This document shows, piece by piece, positions 9,351-18,424 of a stretch of DNA of 64,000 nt. The stretch comes from an uncultured Luminiphilus sp. GTDB taxonomy: Bacteria > Pseudomonadota > Gammaproteobacteria > Pseudomonadales > Halieaceae. Location: NCBI GenBank assembly GCA_938084055.1, contig CALKDK010000018.1, positions 55,116 to 119,115 of the forward strand. The letters are read 5' to 3'. The translations under genes and the position numbers were made by a program. Each line of letters opens with the position of its first letter. Within the stretch, counting starts at the first letter, position 1. Under the pieces are notes generated by a model. It saw nothing but the letters and a program-made list of their open reading frames with translations, was not told the origin of the DNA and searched no databases.

Positions 9351-11771
9351 ATGACGTCTGACTCACTCAATAAAGACCCCAGATTCAATCAATCAGCGAT
9401 CGCTGCGGGTGTGGCTGCGGCCATTGGCGCAACAGCACCCGGTATGACCTTTAGTGCCGAGCTCGAAGAGGTGGTGGTCACTGCCCGTCAACGTTCGGAG
9501 TCCTCCCAGGACATTCCCATGATGGTGCAGACCCTGTCCGGGGAAGACCTGCAAAGGCAGGGTCTCACGACGCTAGAGGATATGTCCCGCTTTGTTGCCG
9601 GCCTCAATGTCCAAACCACGACCCCGGGACAGAACACCATTGTCTTCCGAGGTGTCAGCGATGGCGGTGGCTTCCTGGTAGACCCAACGGCGGCGATCTA
9701 CCTCGACGAGCAGCCCATGTCCCAGACGACGTGGGCGCCCGATATTTATCCGGTCGATATCGCCCGGGTAGAGGCACTGGCGGGACCGCAGTCGACGCTG
9801 TTCGGTGCGTCTTCTCAAAGTGGTGCTATCCGGGTCATTACCAACAAACCTGATCCGGAGGCCTTCAGCGCCAACATTGGCGGTGGTATGTCGGCCACCG
9901 AGAGTGGGGGTGTTGGTTACGATCTTGATGCGACGGTGAATATTCCCCTGAGCGATTCCGTCGCCATTCGCCTGGCGGGCTTCAGCGCCCGGGACGCCGG
10001 TTTCATCGACAACGTTTTGGGTACAACGGTGTACGACGATGTTTTTGGCACTGGGCTGGGTGGTCAGCGTGACAATAGCGACATGGTCGCGGACGACATC
10101 AATGACGTTGATTGGTTGGGTGCCCGCGCCTCCATTCGGTGGCTGGTGAACGACAACTGGACGGTCACCGCGTCAGCCAATTACCAGGACCTGGAAGCCA
10201 ATGGTTACAATGATTATGACCCCAGTATGGGCGATCTTGAGACCGTCAAGTTCACACCCGAGTACCGAACCGACGAATGGATCCAAACCAGCCTGGTCAT
10301 CGAGGGTGACCTCGGTTTTGCGCAGCTGGTGTCCGCCACCTCTTACTATGACCGCGAATTCTTTTACCAGCACGATACGCAGTCCTATGCGGCCTATTTC
10401 CACTATTCATTCGGTATTTACTACGGCTATGCGACCTACGACTTTGGTCTCGATCCGGTCGGTTACCTGACCAACGACCAGAGTAATGAGAGCTTCACGC
10501 AGGAACTGCGCCTGTCCGGCTCTACCGACCGGCTTAACTGGACGGTGGGCGGGTTTTATCAGGATTCCGAGGAATTCTGGGACTTCTACACCTACATCGA
10601 CGACTACCGAAACTCCCCCGCCTTTGCGGCCTGGAGTTACTACTACCCGGGTATTGCGCCGTCCGATTATTGGTGGAACTCCTTCCAGGACACCGAGCGC
10701 ACCGACATGGCGGTGTTTGGTGAGCTGGACTATGAGATTTGGGAGGATCGGTTAACCCTGTTGGTGGGCGGTCGATGGTATGAAGTCGAGCGCGACCTCA
10801 GTTACACCGTGGAAAGGCCCGACGGGCGAGTAGACCAACAGCTCCCCGACCGGACTGCAAAGGATGATGGATTCATCCCCAAATACGGTCTGGAGCTACA
10901 AATTACCGAGGACATCATGGTTTATGGCGTCTACTCAGAGGGTTATCGCGTGGGCGGCACCAACCGGGGCCGCGGTATTGTTACGGGTGACCCGCTGTCG
11001 GGTCCCACCCTGCCCGTCGACTACGGCTCTGATATCCTCGAAAACGCTGAGTTTGGCCTCAAATCCCAGTTTGCCGACGGCCGGGTGCTGTTCAACTTTG
11101 TCTACTACGACATGACCTGGAACGACATGCAGATCGAGGTGACCGACCCGAGTAACAGCCTCGGTACGATCAGTGTCCCCGACGCCAACGGCGATGCGCT
11201 TTACGGCAACGTTCCCTTCCAGATTGTGGTGGGTAACGTGGGTGACGCCACCGTCAAGGGCTTTGACATGGAGTTCAAGGCATTGCTGGGCGAGAACCTG
11301 GAGATTGGCGGTAACCTGACCGACATTCAGGACGCCTATGTCAATGCGCCGGCTTTCTATGAAGAGCCGCGGGCCGTGGGTGGCCAGATTGCCTCCGGAC
11401 TTAATCCCCAGTCCCAGTTGCCGCTGTTTGCGGACCAGAGCTATTCGCTCTATCTCCAGTACTCAGGACTCAACCTGATGGGTGGCGAGACCTCCTTCCG
11501 TCTGCAACACAGCTATGTGGGTGATTCCCTCAACCAGCTCAATGATGGCTTTACCTCGCCGCGCCTGACTCAGGGGGATTACTCAATCACCGACTTTATT
11601 GTGGGCTGGGAGAGTGACCAGTGGGCAGCGCGCCTGTATTTCAATAACCTGTCGGACGAACGCGGGGTAACCTTCGAGGACTCAACGGATTTCGACCAGT
11701 TGTGGGGTCGGAACAGCACCAACGTCATCCGGCCGCGCAACATTGGCTTCAACGTACGGCACAATTTCTAA
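9351..11771 (+). CDS. TonB-dependent receptor (TBDR1)
   Basis: TonB box LEEVVVTA, plug motifs YLDEQP and RVEALAGPQSTLFG..GAIRVITNKP, C-terminal RPRNIGFNVRHNF ending in Phe. Confidence 0.95.
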   Translation: MTSDSLNKDPRFNQSAIAAGVAAAIGATAPGMTFSAELEEVVVTARQRSESSQDIPMMVQTLSGEDLQRQGLTTLEDMSRFVAGLNVQTTTPGQNTIVFRGVSDGGGFLVDPTAAIYLDEQPMSQTTWAPDIYPVDIARVEALAGPQSTLFGASSQSGAIRVITNKPDPEAFSANIGGGMSATESGGVGYDLDATVNIPLSDSVAIRLAGFSARDAGFIDNVLGTTVYDDVFGTGLGGQRDNSDMVADDINDVDWLGARASIRWLVNDNWTVTASANYQDLEANGYNDYDPSMGDLETVKFTPEYRTDEWIQTSLVIEGDLGFAQLVSATSYYDREFFYQHDTQSYAAYFHYSFGIYYGYATYDFGLDPVGYLTNDQSNESFTQELRLSGSTDRLNWTVGGFYQDSEEFWDFYTYIDDYRNSPAFAAWSYYYPGIAPSDYWWNSFQDTERTDMAVFGELDYEIWEDRLTLLVGGRWYEVERDLSYTVERPDGRVDQQLPDRTAKDDGFIPKYGLELQITEDIMVYGVYSEGYRVGGTNRGRGIVTGDPLSGPTLPVDYGSDILENAEFGLKSQFADGRVLFNFVYYDMTWNDMQIEVTDPSNSLGTISVPDANGDALYGNVPFQIVVGNVGDATVKGFDMEFKALLGENLEIGGNLTDIQDAYVNAPAFYEEPRAVGGQIASGLNPQSQLPLFADQSYSLYLQYSGLNLMGGETSFRLQHSYVGDSLNQLNDGFTSPRLTQGDYSITDFIVGWESDQWAARLYFNNLSDERGVTFEDSTDFDQLWGRNSTNVIRPRNIGFNVRHNF

Positions 11772-11817
11772 GACGCGGCTGGTCGGTGTCCCGGTACACC
11801 GGCCCTCCGACTTGATC

Positions 11818-11841
11818 AAGGGCGCTTTGGCGCCCTTTTTT
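11818..11841 (+). terminator. Rho-independent terminator downstream of TBDR1
   Basis: AAGGGCGC-TTTG-GCGCCCTT followed by a T run, between convergent genes. Confidence 0.85.
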
Positions 11842-11855
11842 GTGGCACCCAGTTG

Positions 11856-12794
11856 TTATGACCAACGCTTTGGCCAGCACTCGAGGCCATGGATGGCATT
11901 GCGGATATCCAGGGTGAGATTCACAGCGGTCAGTCGCTTGCCCTCTGCTACATCAATGATGGAAATCGTCGACGGTGATGAGCCTGCGGCCACCCAGCTG
12001 TTGTTAACGACACAGAGCCCACGACCGAAGCCCTGCCGGGCTATGCGGCTGTCGTCAGCGCCCCGGTACTCGAGCGTCGCGGGATCAAACCCGGGTACCG
12101 GGACTGCCACGCCGGGGCTGTCTCTGCCCACGTAGCGCACCACGTCTGCGCCGGTATCGTTAAACAGCACGCCCTGCCCGAATGGCTGGGCATTGTGGCA
12201 ACCTCGAGGAAGACTGCAGAAGGCCTGTATGTCGAAATTGGCGGACACCGCCAGCAGCGCCTCGGTGTTCAGCCCGCTCAGGTAAATACCGTCCCCATTC
12301 ACCGCGACCATATTGATGTGATAGGAATTGTTGAACGGTGGGCCGCCTCGGGTCTGGGGATCGAAGGTCTGGCCGACCCATTTCTGACCGTCCCGAGTCA
12401 GGTACAGCCCCCAGATAAACACCCGCTTTTCCAGATGAAAAGCCAGTAGCGAATCGAAACCGGTGGAGGTCAGGAAGAGTAAATTGTCGCGACGGCAAAT
12501 TTCATGGCAGTGGCGCAGGTAGGGATTTCGGTAAGAGGCCAGCAATTCAAAGTCGGGTGAATAACAGAACAGCTCATCGCTCGCGGCAATCCAGACGTGT
12601 TGGTCTGTAAATTCGATACCGCGCAAGCCTCGATCCCAGCCTCGGCCTGTGAAGTCGATGGCACCGGTATTCCAGTCAATTTTCTGTTCAACCCGTTGGT
12701 TTTCAAAATCGATGAGATAGACCCCGCCGTGGCTTTGACCTTTTTCTGAACCACGGACAACGGAGGTCGCGATGAAAGTGGGCAGCTTGGCCAT
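11856..12794 (-). CDS. Hypothetical probable beta-propeller protein, translationally coupled to the sulfotransferase
   Basis: 312-aa ORF of repeated short beta-strands (RGLRG, HCHEI, YHINMV, CHNAQ, FGRGL). Start overlaps the upstream stop (TGATG). Confidence 0.75.
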   Translation of the reverse strand: MAKLPTFIATSVVRGSEKGQSHGGVYLIDFENQRVEQKIDWNTGAIDFTGRGWDRGLRGIEFTDQHVWIAASDELFCYSPDFELLASYRNPYLRHCHEICRRDNLLFLTSTGFDSLLAFHLEKRVFIWGLYLTRDGQKWVGQTFDPQTRGGPPFNNSYHINMVAVNGDGIYLSGLNTEALLAVSANFDIQAFCSLPRGCHNAQPFGQGVLFNDTGADVVRYVGRDSPGVAVPVPGFDPATLEYRGADDSRIARQGFGRGLCVVNNSWVAAGSSPSTISIIDVAEGKRLTAVNLTLDIRNAIHGLECWPKRWS

Positions 12795-14791
12795 CAGGAG
12801 GGCAACCTGTCCTGCTCGGGAAGCAGCGGTGACAGGATCTCCCTCAGGTCATTGAGGTGGGGACCGAACCGCTTCCATGTTGCGACCGATCCTTTGTAGA
12901 TCGGCTGCCGTACCTGTTCCGAGCTCGCGGTTCGCACGGCCCGCTCAGTTTCGTGAAACCGGACACAGCCCTCTTCAAAGGGCAGCTCGCAGAAATCGAG
13001 AATCCTGCGGACCTCTTCCTCGAGGTTGTCCACCACGTTTTCATACTGCACATGCAGTACCTCGCCGGGTAGTACGGTGTCCCAATGCTGCATCATGAGA
13101 TCGTACTCAAGGTAAAACTCGCCCAGCTCAAACAGGTCATAGGTGAAGGTTTGGCCCTTGGCAAAATGTTGTTTGAAACAGCCCAGGCAGCTGTCCATGG
13201 GATGACGACGGGCATCAATAATTTTGGCGTTGGGCAGAATTGCTTTGATAAACCCCGTGTAGGCAAAGTTGTTGGGCATTTTGTCGGTGAAGAAGCGACC
13301 GTTGCCCCGATGGCGACGTGTTTGCGCCAGATATTGTTCACCGAGCTCAAGCAGTTCTTGGGGCCCCATATCGGTCATACAGCCCGGGAACACCCGGCCA
13401 CTGTCGGACTGGGTCAATCCCTGCGCGATCATCGAAATATCGGGAAGCTCGCTGGTGCCATCCACGTTGGAGTGACTGGCCAGTATTTGCTCGAGCAGGG
13501 TCGAGCCCGAGCGGGGCAGTCCTACAATGAAAATGGGATCGTTTTGCCTACACCCATACCCGCCCGCCCGGTGCTGGGCAAAATAGTCCGCACTGAAAAT
13601 ATCGCACATGCGTCGGTGGGCTACCTCGGTCTGGACCGGGTCGTAGGCAATGGTATCGCGATGCAGCTGGTTGGCCAGTCTGTAGTGCTCAAATGCATCG
13701 TCGAAGTTCTCATGGTCTTCAAACGCCTTGCCCAATGAGAAAGCGAAGTGCACCCGGCAGTCTACGGGCAGCTGCTCGTTGCCGAGGCGCGTTTTCATGG
13801 CGTCGATATCGTCGTTGTCGAAGCGGAAAGTCTTCAGGTTAGCGAGGCTGTAATAGGTCTCGCCAAAATTTGGCCTGAGTTCGATGGCCCGCCGGTACGC
13901 CTCGATACCCGCGGCCTGGTCGCCCACGGTTTTGAGTACGTGCCCCAGGCCGAGATGGGCACCTGGTAATTTTGGGTCCAGAGTGACCGCCTGGCGGTAG
14001 GATTCGACCGCCTCCTGGGGTCTGGCCGCCATCGCCAATGCCGCGCCATGGTAATAATGTGTGAGCGCATTCTTGGGGTCGATACTGAGTGCGTGATCGA
14101 GGACCGAGACGGCTTCATCGTACTGATGTAATTCCTTGAGTACGGTTCCCAGATCATGCCAGGCCGCCACGAACTGCGGCTTGGTTTGCGTGATGCGCTC
14201 GAGAATAGCTCGGGCATCTTCAAAGCAGCTGGCCATAATGGCGATCCGGGCGAGCAGCAGGGCAGCGTTCACGTTATCCGGATTCTCCCGGACCAACGCC
14301 TGTGTGAGTTTCTCTGCCTCGCGGAATTTCCCGCTGACAAAAAGCCGGGTCGCCTCCTCAAGTTTTGCCTGAACAGGGGACAGCTCGGCGGCTCGCTTGA
14401 GTGCCGCATCGGCCTCTTCGTGGCGGCCAAGCTGCTGATAGGCGCCCCCCAGTTTGGCAAATAGCGGGGCGTGGGGCGGGCGCAGGGCCTGCGCGCGCTC
14501 AAGGTGCTCCAGGGCTTCTTCGGGACGATTCAAATTCAGCAGCACCGTGCCGAGGTCTTCCTGTGCCTTGGCGTGACCGGGTGTCGTTCGCACAGCGCGG
14601 CGCAGCAGGCTCGCCGCTTCTTCCAGCTGATTGTCCTGGGCGAGAATCCAGCCGAGGAGCGCGACGAAATTGATGTCCCCCGGATTCTGCTCAACCGCCT
14701 CCCGGCACAGCGCCTCGGCCTCCTGTCGGGCGCCGCCCTTGACGAGCTCCACGGCGCGGTCAAACATACGTTTTGGATGTGGCGATGCCAT
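12794..14791 (-). CDS. TPR-repeat sulfotransferase (TPST/Sulfotransfer_3-like), ST1
   Basis: Many TPR repeats, then 5'-PSB motif IFIVGLPRSGSTLLEQIL, DKMPNN, RRHPMD and VRTASSEQVRQPIY. Start 14791 or 14815. Confidence 0.92.
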   Translation of the reverse strand: MASPHPKRMFDRAVELVKGGARQEAEALCREAVEQNPGDINFVALLGWILAQDNQLEEAASLLRRAVRTTPGHAKAQEDLGTVLLNLNRPEEALEHLERAQALRPPHAPLFAKLGGAYQQLGRHEEADAALKRAAELSPVQAKLEEATRLFVSGKFREAEKLTQALVRENPDNVNAALLLARIAIMASCFEDARAILERITQTKPQFVAAWHDLGTVLKELHQYDEAVSVLDHALSIDPKNALTHYYHGAALAMAARPQEAVESYRQAVTLDPKLPGAHLGLGHVLKTVGDQAAGIEAYRRAIELRPNFGETYYSLANLKTFRFDNDDIDAMKTRLGNEQLPVDCRVHFAFSLGKAFEDHENFDDAFEHYRLANQLHRDTIAYDPVQTEVAHRRMCDIFSADYFAQHRAGGYGCRQNDPIFIVGLPRSGSTLLEQILASHSNVDGTSELPDISMIAQGLTQSDSGRVFPGCMTDMGPQELLELGEQYLAQTRRHRGNGRFFTDKMPNNFAYTGFIKAILPNAKIIDARRHPMDSCLGCFKQHFAKGQTFTYDLFELGEFYLEYDLMMQHWDTVLPGEVLHVQYENVVDNLEEEVRRILDFCELPFEEGCVRFHETERAVRTASSEQVRQPIYKGSVATWKRFGPHLNDLREILSPLLPEQDRLPS

Positions 14792-14957
14792 TATAGGTGA
14801 CGAGCTCCTGAGCATTAGACTTGGGGTGCGTGCAGTGTGCCAGATTTCGTTTCATCCGACACAATGTGCGGTTGCCTTGCCGTCGATGCGGTGCGAGAGT
14901 GACCGCAACAGCCACTATCGGAGTGAGCGCAGTGCGGCCTCTCCAAAAGGAAACCCC

Positions 14958-16163
14958 TTGACTGAGCCTACCCAGACCCGTGCCACGAGCCTGAATCCCT
15001 TCGACCGTCGGGGTCCTTTTTTACTGAGCCTGTATATGACCCTGGCGGGCTACGGTGTCCTCGTAGCGCTTCCGGCGCTCAACGGTGCCTGGGTGGACCA
15101 ACTGAGCTTTACCGATGTCGAAGTCAATCGCGTCGCCTCGGCAGACCTGCTTGGGCTCTTTTTGGGTTCTGTTGCAGTGAGTTTCCTGATTCGGCGGATG
15201 GACCGGAGGATGCTCATTTATAGCGGTATCTTCATCGCTATCGCAGCCAATGCGGTGTGCATCTATTTTCGCAGTTATGAATCCACGCTGGCACTGCGGC
15301 TGTTGGCTGGCTTTGGTGCCGGTTTGTATACGGCGGTGGCCGTGGCCGGCCTGGGTGCCAACTCAAAACCCCGCGAAGCGTTCAACTGGATGCTGCTGGC
15401 CTTTGCCATGTCCCAATTTATCGAATTGCAGCTGATACCCCACATGTCCATGACCGGCATTTATCTTTTCTTCATTGCCACCTATGCCGTGACGCTACCC
15501 TTTGTGCGGTTGATGCCCTCCCACGAGCTGTTGGAGGATGAATCACCCGGGGACGAGGCCCCGGCCGCCGAGCAGAACGGTGAACAGGAAGAGCATCGAC
15601 CCACCGTACTGGCCTGGGTGGGGATCCTTGCGATTGTCATTGCCTACATCAATATTGGTGCTTATTGGTCGAATATAGAGTTGGCCGCCGAGGCGGGCGG
15701 CCTCGACGGTGCCTGGGCGGGGCAGGTCATCTCCTGGTGTGTACTGCTGTCGTTTGTCGGCTGCTTTGCTGCAATGTATGCCCTGAGGCATTTTGATTAC
15801 GATCGGCCTATTCTGGTGACTTTTATGCTGATGGTCGTCGCGGTTGGCCTGCTGGCCGTGGAGGTGTCTGCGGCCATTTTTGTCTTCAGCGTTGCCCTGT
15901 TCAATTTCCTTTGGATCTTCATTGATGTTTATCAGATGGGTGGGGTTTCCGTTGCCGATCGCTCTGGAAGTGCGGCGGCATTTATCCCCGGTGCGCAGGG
16001 GCTGGGGCAGACCCTGGGTCCGTTTATTTCGTCCCTGTTGCTGGAGCGGGCGCTGGGTTTCGATGCCATCTTTATCCTGTGCGCCGCGGCATCATTTGTC
16101 GCGTTACTCATTTATGGCTTGATTTACTGGTATGGGCGTGTCCCCAGGGTAATGCTCTCCTAA
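14958..16163 (+). CDS. MFS transporter
   Basis: About 12 TM segments, RLLAGFGAG. TTG start chosen after AAAGGA, which avoids overlap with the sulfotransferase. Confidence 0.82.
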   Translation: MTEPTQTRATSLNPFDRRGPFLLSLYMTLAGYGVLVALPALNGAWVDQLSFTDVEVNRVASADLLGLFLGSVAVSFLIRRMDRRMLIYSGIFIAIAANAVCIYFRSYESTLALRLLAGFGAGLYTAVAVAGLGANSKPREAFNWMLLAFAMSQFIELQLIPHMSMTGIYLFFIATYAVTLPFVRLMPSHELLEDESPGDEAPAAEQNGEQEEHRPTVLAWVGILAIVIAYINIGAYWSNIELAAEAGGLDGAWAGQVISWCVLLSFVGCFAAMYALRHFDYDRPILVTFMLMVVAVGLLAVEVSAAIFVFSVALFNFLWIFIDVYQMGGVSVADRSGSAAAFIPGAQGLGQTLGPFISSLLLERALGFDAIFILCAAASFVALLIYGLIYWYGRVPRVMLS

Positions 16164-16311
16164 CGTCGCGAAGCTTCCGGAACCGATCGACGGCCGGACC
16201 GGCGGCGCGTCAATGGGGGACGCGGAGGGGTGGATTTAACCTCTTGCCCAGCAACGTTATGGGCTCATCCGGGGCAGGCCGGGTTGTCTGCGGCGGGGTG
16301 TCGGGGTTCGC

Positions 16312-17610
16312 TCAGTTGGCCGGGTCGGTAGAACGGTTCCAGCGGATGAGGTCACCGCCTTTCATGACAAAGCTGGGGTCCTCCAGCCGGGAGAGGTCGG
16401 TCAGGGGGTTGCCCTCAACCGCAATCAGGTCGGCCCAGCGCCCGGCTTGTATGGAGCCGGTCAGCTCCTGCCATTGCAGCATTTCCGCAGCGACCGATGT
16501 GGCGGCTTTGATCGCCGACATGGGCGAAAAACCGGCTTCTGTCAGTACTGCAATCTCCCGGGCATAGGCACGGGGGTCGATATTGTATCCGCCCAGGTCC
16601 GAGCCCACGACTACCTTTACCCCCGCCCTGTGGGCCTCACCAATACGTGCCAGCCATTCGTCGCGGTAGCTCAGATAAACATCGTCATTCTTGTCCTGCG
16701 CGAGCAGTTTGTCGGTGCCGGCATAGTAGTCACCCACGTAAATGGTGGGGACATAAAAGGTCCCGTATTGCACCATGAGCGCAATGGATGTCTCATCAAG
16801 GTACGTTCCGTGTTCTATCGAGCGCACACCCGCCTCGATCGCCTGGTTTATCCCGGCATTGGCATGGGCATGGGCGGCAACCGGCACGCCGTGTCGACGC
16901 GCTTCAGCAACGGCTTCGGCGAGTTCGTCGGGGCTGAAGGCTACGTTTTTGGGGTCATCGCCGACCGAATGAAACGCTCCCGTCACGAGGATCTTGATCC
17001 AGTCGGAGCCGTATTTGATTTCCCTGCGGACCGCGCGACGGATCGCCATGGGGCCGTCGACAATGTAACCGTCACTGGTCATTGCCTGCTCAGGGGACAG
17101 ATAGTTGATATCGCCCCCGCCGCCGGTAATCGACAGGTAATGGCCTGCGCCTGTGATACGCGGCGCCTGATGAACCCCTTCACGGACCGCTCTGGCAATA
17201 TCCTGGTTGGCGAAGAAAACATCGGCGTCGCCCATCACCCGAACAGTGGTCCAACCGTGCTGTAACATGCCCTGCAGCGCCGCCAGCCCGAGCAATGCCT
17301 TGTAGGCTGAGGAGCCCGAGAGATGCGCATTTTGGTAGTCATCACCGTAGATCAGGGGATGTTCGTGACCATTGATGAGTCCTGGCATCAGGGTCAGCCC
17401 AGAGAGACGTTGAACCGGGATGGCAGACGGCAGTTCGCCGACGGGTAATACGTCGACAATGTATTCACCATCAATGATGACCGCCCGACCTGTCAGGAGT
17501 TCGTCGCCAATGCCATCGATCAACCCATCGGGCACCAGCGCCCGCGGTTCAGCCGTGGCCGTTGCTGGGAGCGTCGCCACAAGTAGGGCTAAAATAAGTT
17601 TGCGTAACAC
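16312..17610 (-). CDS. Exported metal-dependent amidohydrolase (Xaa-Pro dipeptidase-like subfamily)
   Basis: Signal peptide; PGLINGHEH, DWIKI, AHAH, SIEHG and GSD metal-ligand motifs. Confidence 0.88.
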   Translation of the reverse strand: MLRKLILALLVATLPATATAEPRALVPDGLIDGIGDELLTGRAVIIDGEYIVDVLPVGELPSAIPVQRLSGLTLMPGLINGHEHPLIYGDDYQNAHLSGSSAYKALLGLAALQGMLQHGWTTVRVMGDADVFFANQDIARAVREGVHQAPRITGAGHYLSITGGGGDINYLSPEQAMTSDGYIVDGPMAIRRAVRREIKYGSDWIKILVTGAFHSVGDDPKNVAFSPDELAEAVAEARRHGVPVAAHAHANAGINQAIEAGVRSIEHGTYLDETSIALMVQYGTFYVPTIYVGDYYAGTDKLLAQDKNDDVYLSYRDEWLARIGEAHRAGVKVVVGSDLGGYNIDPRAYAREIAVLTEAGFSPMSAIKAATSVAAEMLQWQELTGSIQAGRWADLIAVEGNPLTDLSRLEDPSFVMKGGDLIRWNRSTDPAN

Positions 17611-17723
17611 GTCCAGTTCTCCTCGTCAGTTGCCCGGACTACCCGTCACCCCAGGGCGCGCGGCCTTGATCGGTGTTCGAATAATCGCCATGATCCACCG
17701 GACACTGCCGACCAGGTCCAACC

Positions 17724-18281
17724 ATGGACATTGATGTACCCATAAAAGACTTGGGGTCTTATACCATCGACCCATTGCGCGACAAAATCCTCAGCCTGCC
17801 GGAGGAGGCCTGGTGGGGGAACCAGTATCGCCAGCTCGAATATGAAGTGCACGAGCACACCCAATCGGTGGTGCTGGTGTTTACCGATGGCCAGGGGTGG
17901 CCAAACATTGAGGTTTCTCGGGACGACGGCTGGGATCTGCTCGCAGATGAAGCGGTACCGCTCATGCACAAAATCCTGGGTGATCACTATCCTCCTGGAG
18001 GCACTATCATTCGTGCCATGGCCGCACGGCTACAGGCCGGGGGAGTGATCAAACCCCACCATGACAAGCACCCATCATTTCACTACGGTCACCGAATTCA
18101 CATTCCCATCTATAGTAATCCCCGGGTCCGGTTCATGATCGATGGTCGACCCCAGCGTATGCAGATTGGCAATGTCTATGAAATCAACAACCAGAAGCGT
18201 CACAGCGTTATGAACAAAGGTAGCGAGGGGCGCATAAACTTTATATTTGACTATATTCCACCGGGTAAAATCCAACGCTGA
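17724..18281 (+). CDS. Aspartyl/asparaginyl (or proline) beta-hydroxylase-family Fe(II)/2OG oxygenase
   Basis: IKPHHD (HxD), RIHIPI..N, NNQKRHSVMN (distal His), GRINFIFD (2OG Arg). Confidence 0.82.
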   Translation: MDIDVPIKDLGSYTIDPLRDKILSLPEEAWWGNQYRQLEYEVHEHTQSVVLVFTDGQGWPNIEVSRDDGWDLLADEAVPLMHKILGDHYPPGGTIIRAMAARLQAGGVIKPHHDKHPSFHYGHRIHIPIYSNPRVRFMIDGRPQRMQIGNVYEINNQKRHSVMNKGSEGRINFIFDYIPPGKIQR

Positions 18282-18424
18282 AGGATCTGGCCCCGTCTTC
18301 CCATGGCCGGTCAGTTGCCGACTGGAATAGGCGTGAGCAGGGATCCCGGAGCCGTCGTTCGCCACTTGACGGGACAGGCTGACTCCGGCGGCAACCTGCC
18401 CCGATTTGCATGGGCTTGTGGCTC

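Noticed and set aside
14631-14957. N-terminal extension of the MFS overlapping the sulfotransferase start
   Set aside because: Non-membrane, low-quality sequence; a TTG start with RBS exists at 14958.
9351-18281. RiPP-type cluster with a small sulfated precursor peptide (RaxX-like)
   Set aside because: No convincing short Tyr-containing precursor ORF and no peptidase-ABC exporter found by eye; cannot be fully excluded.
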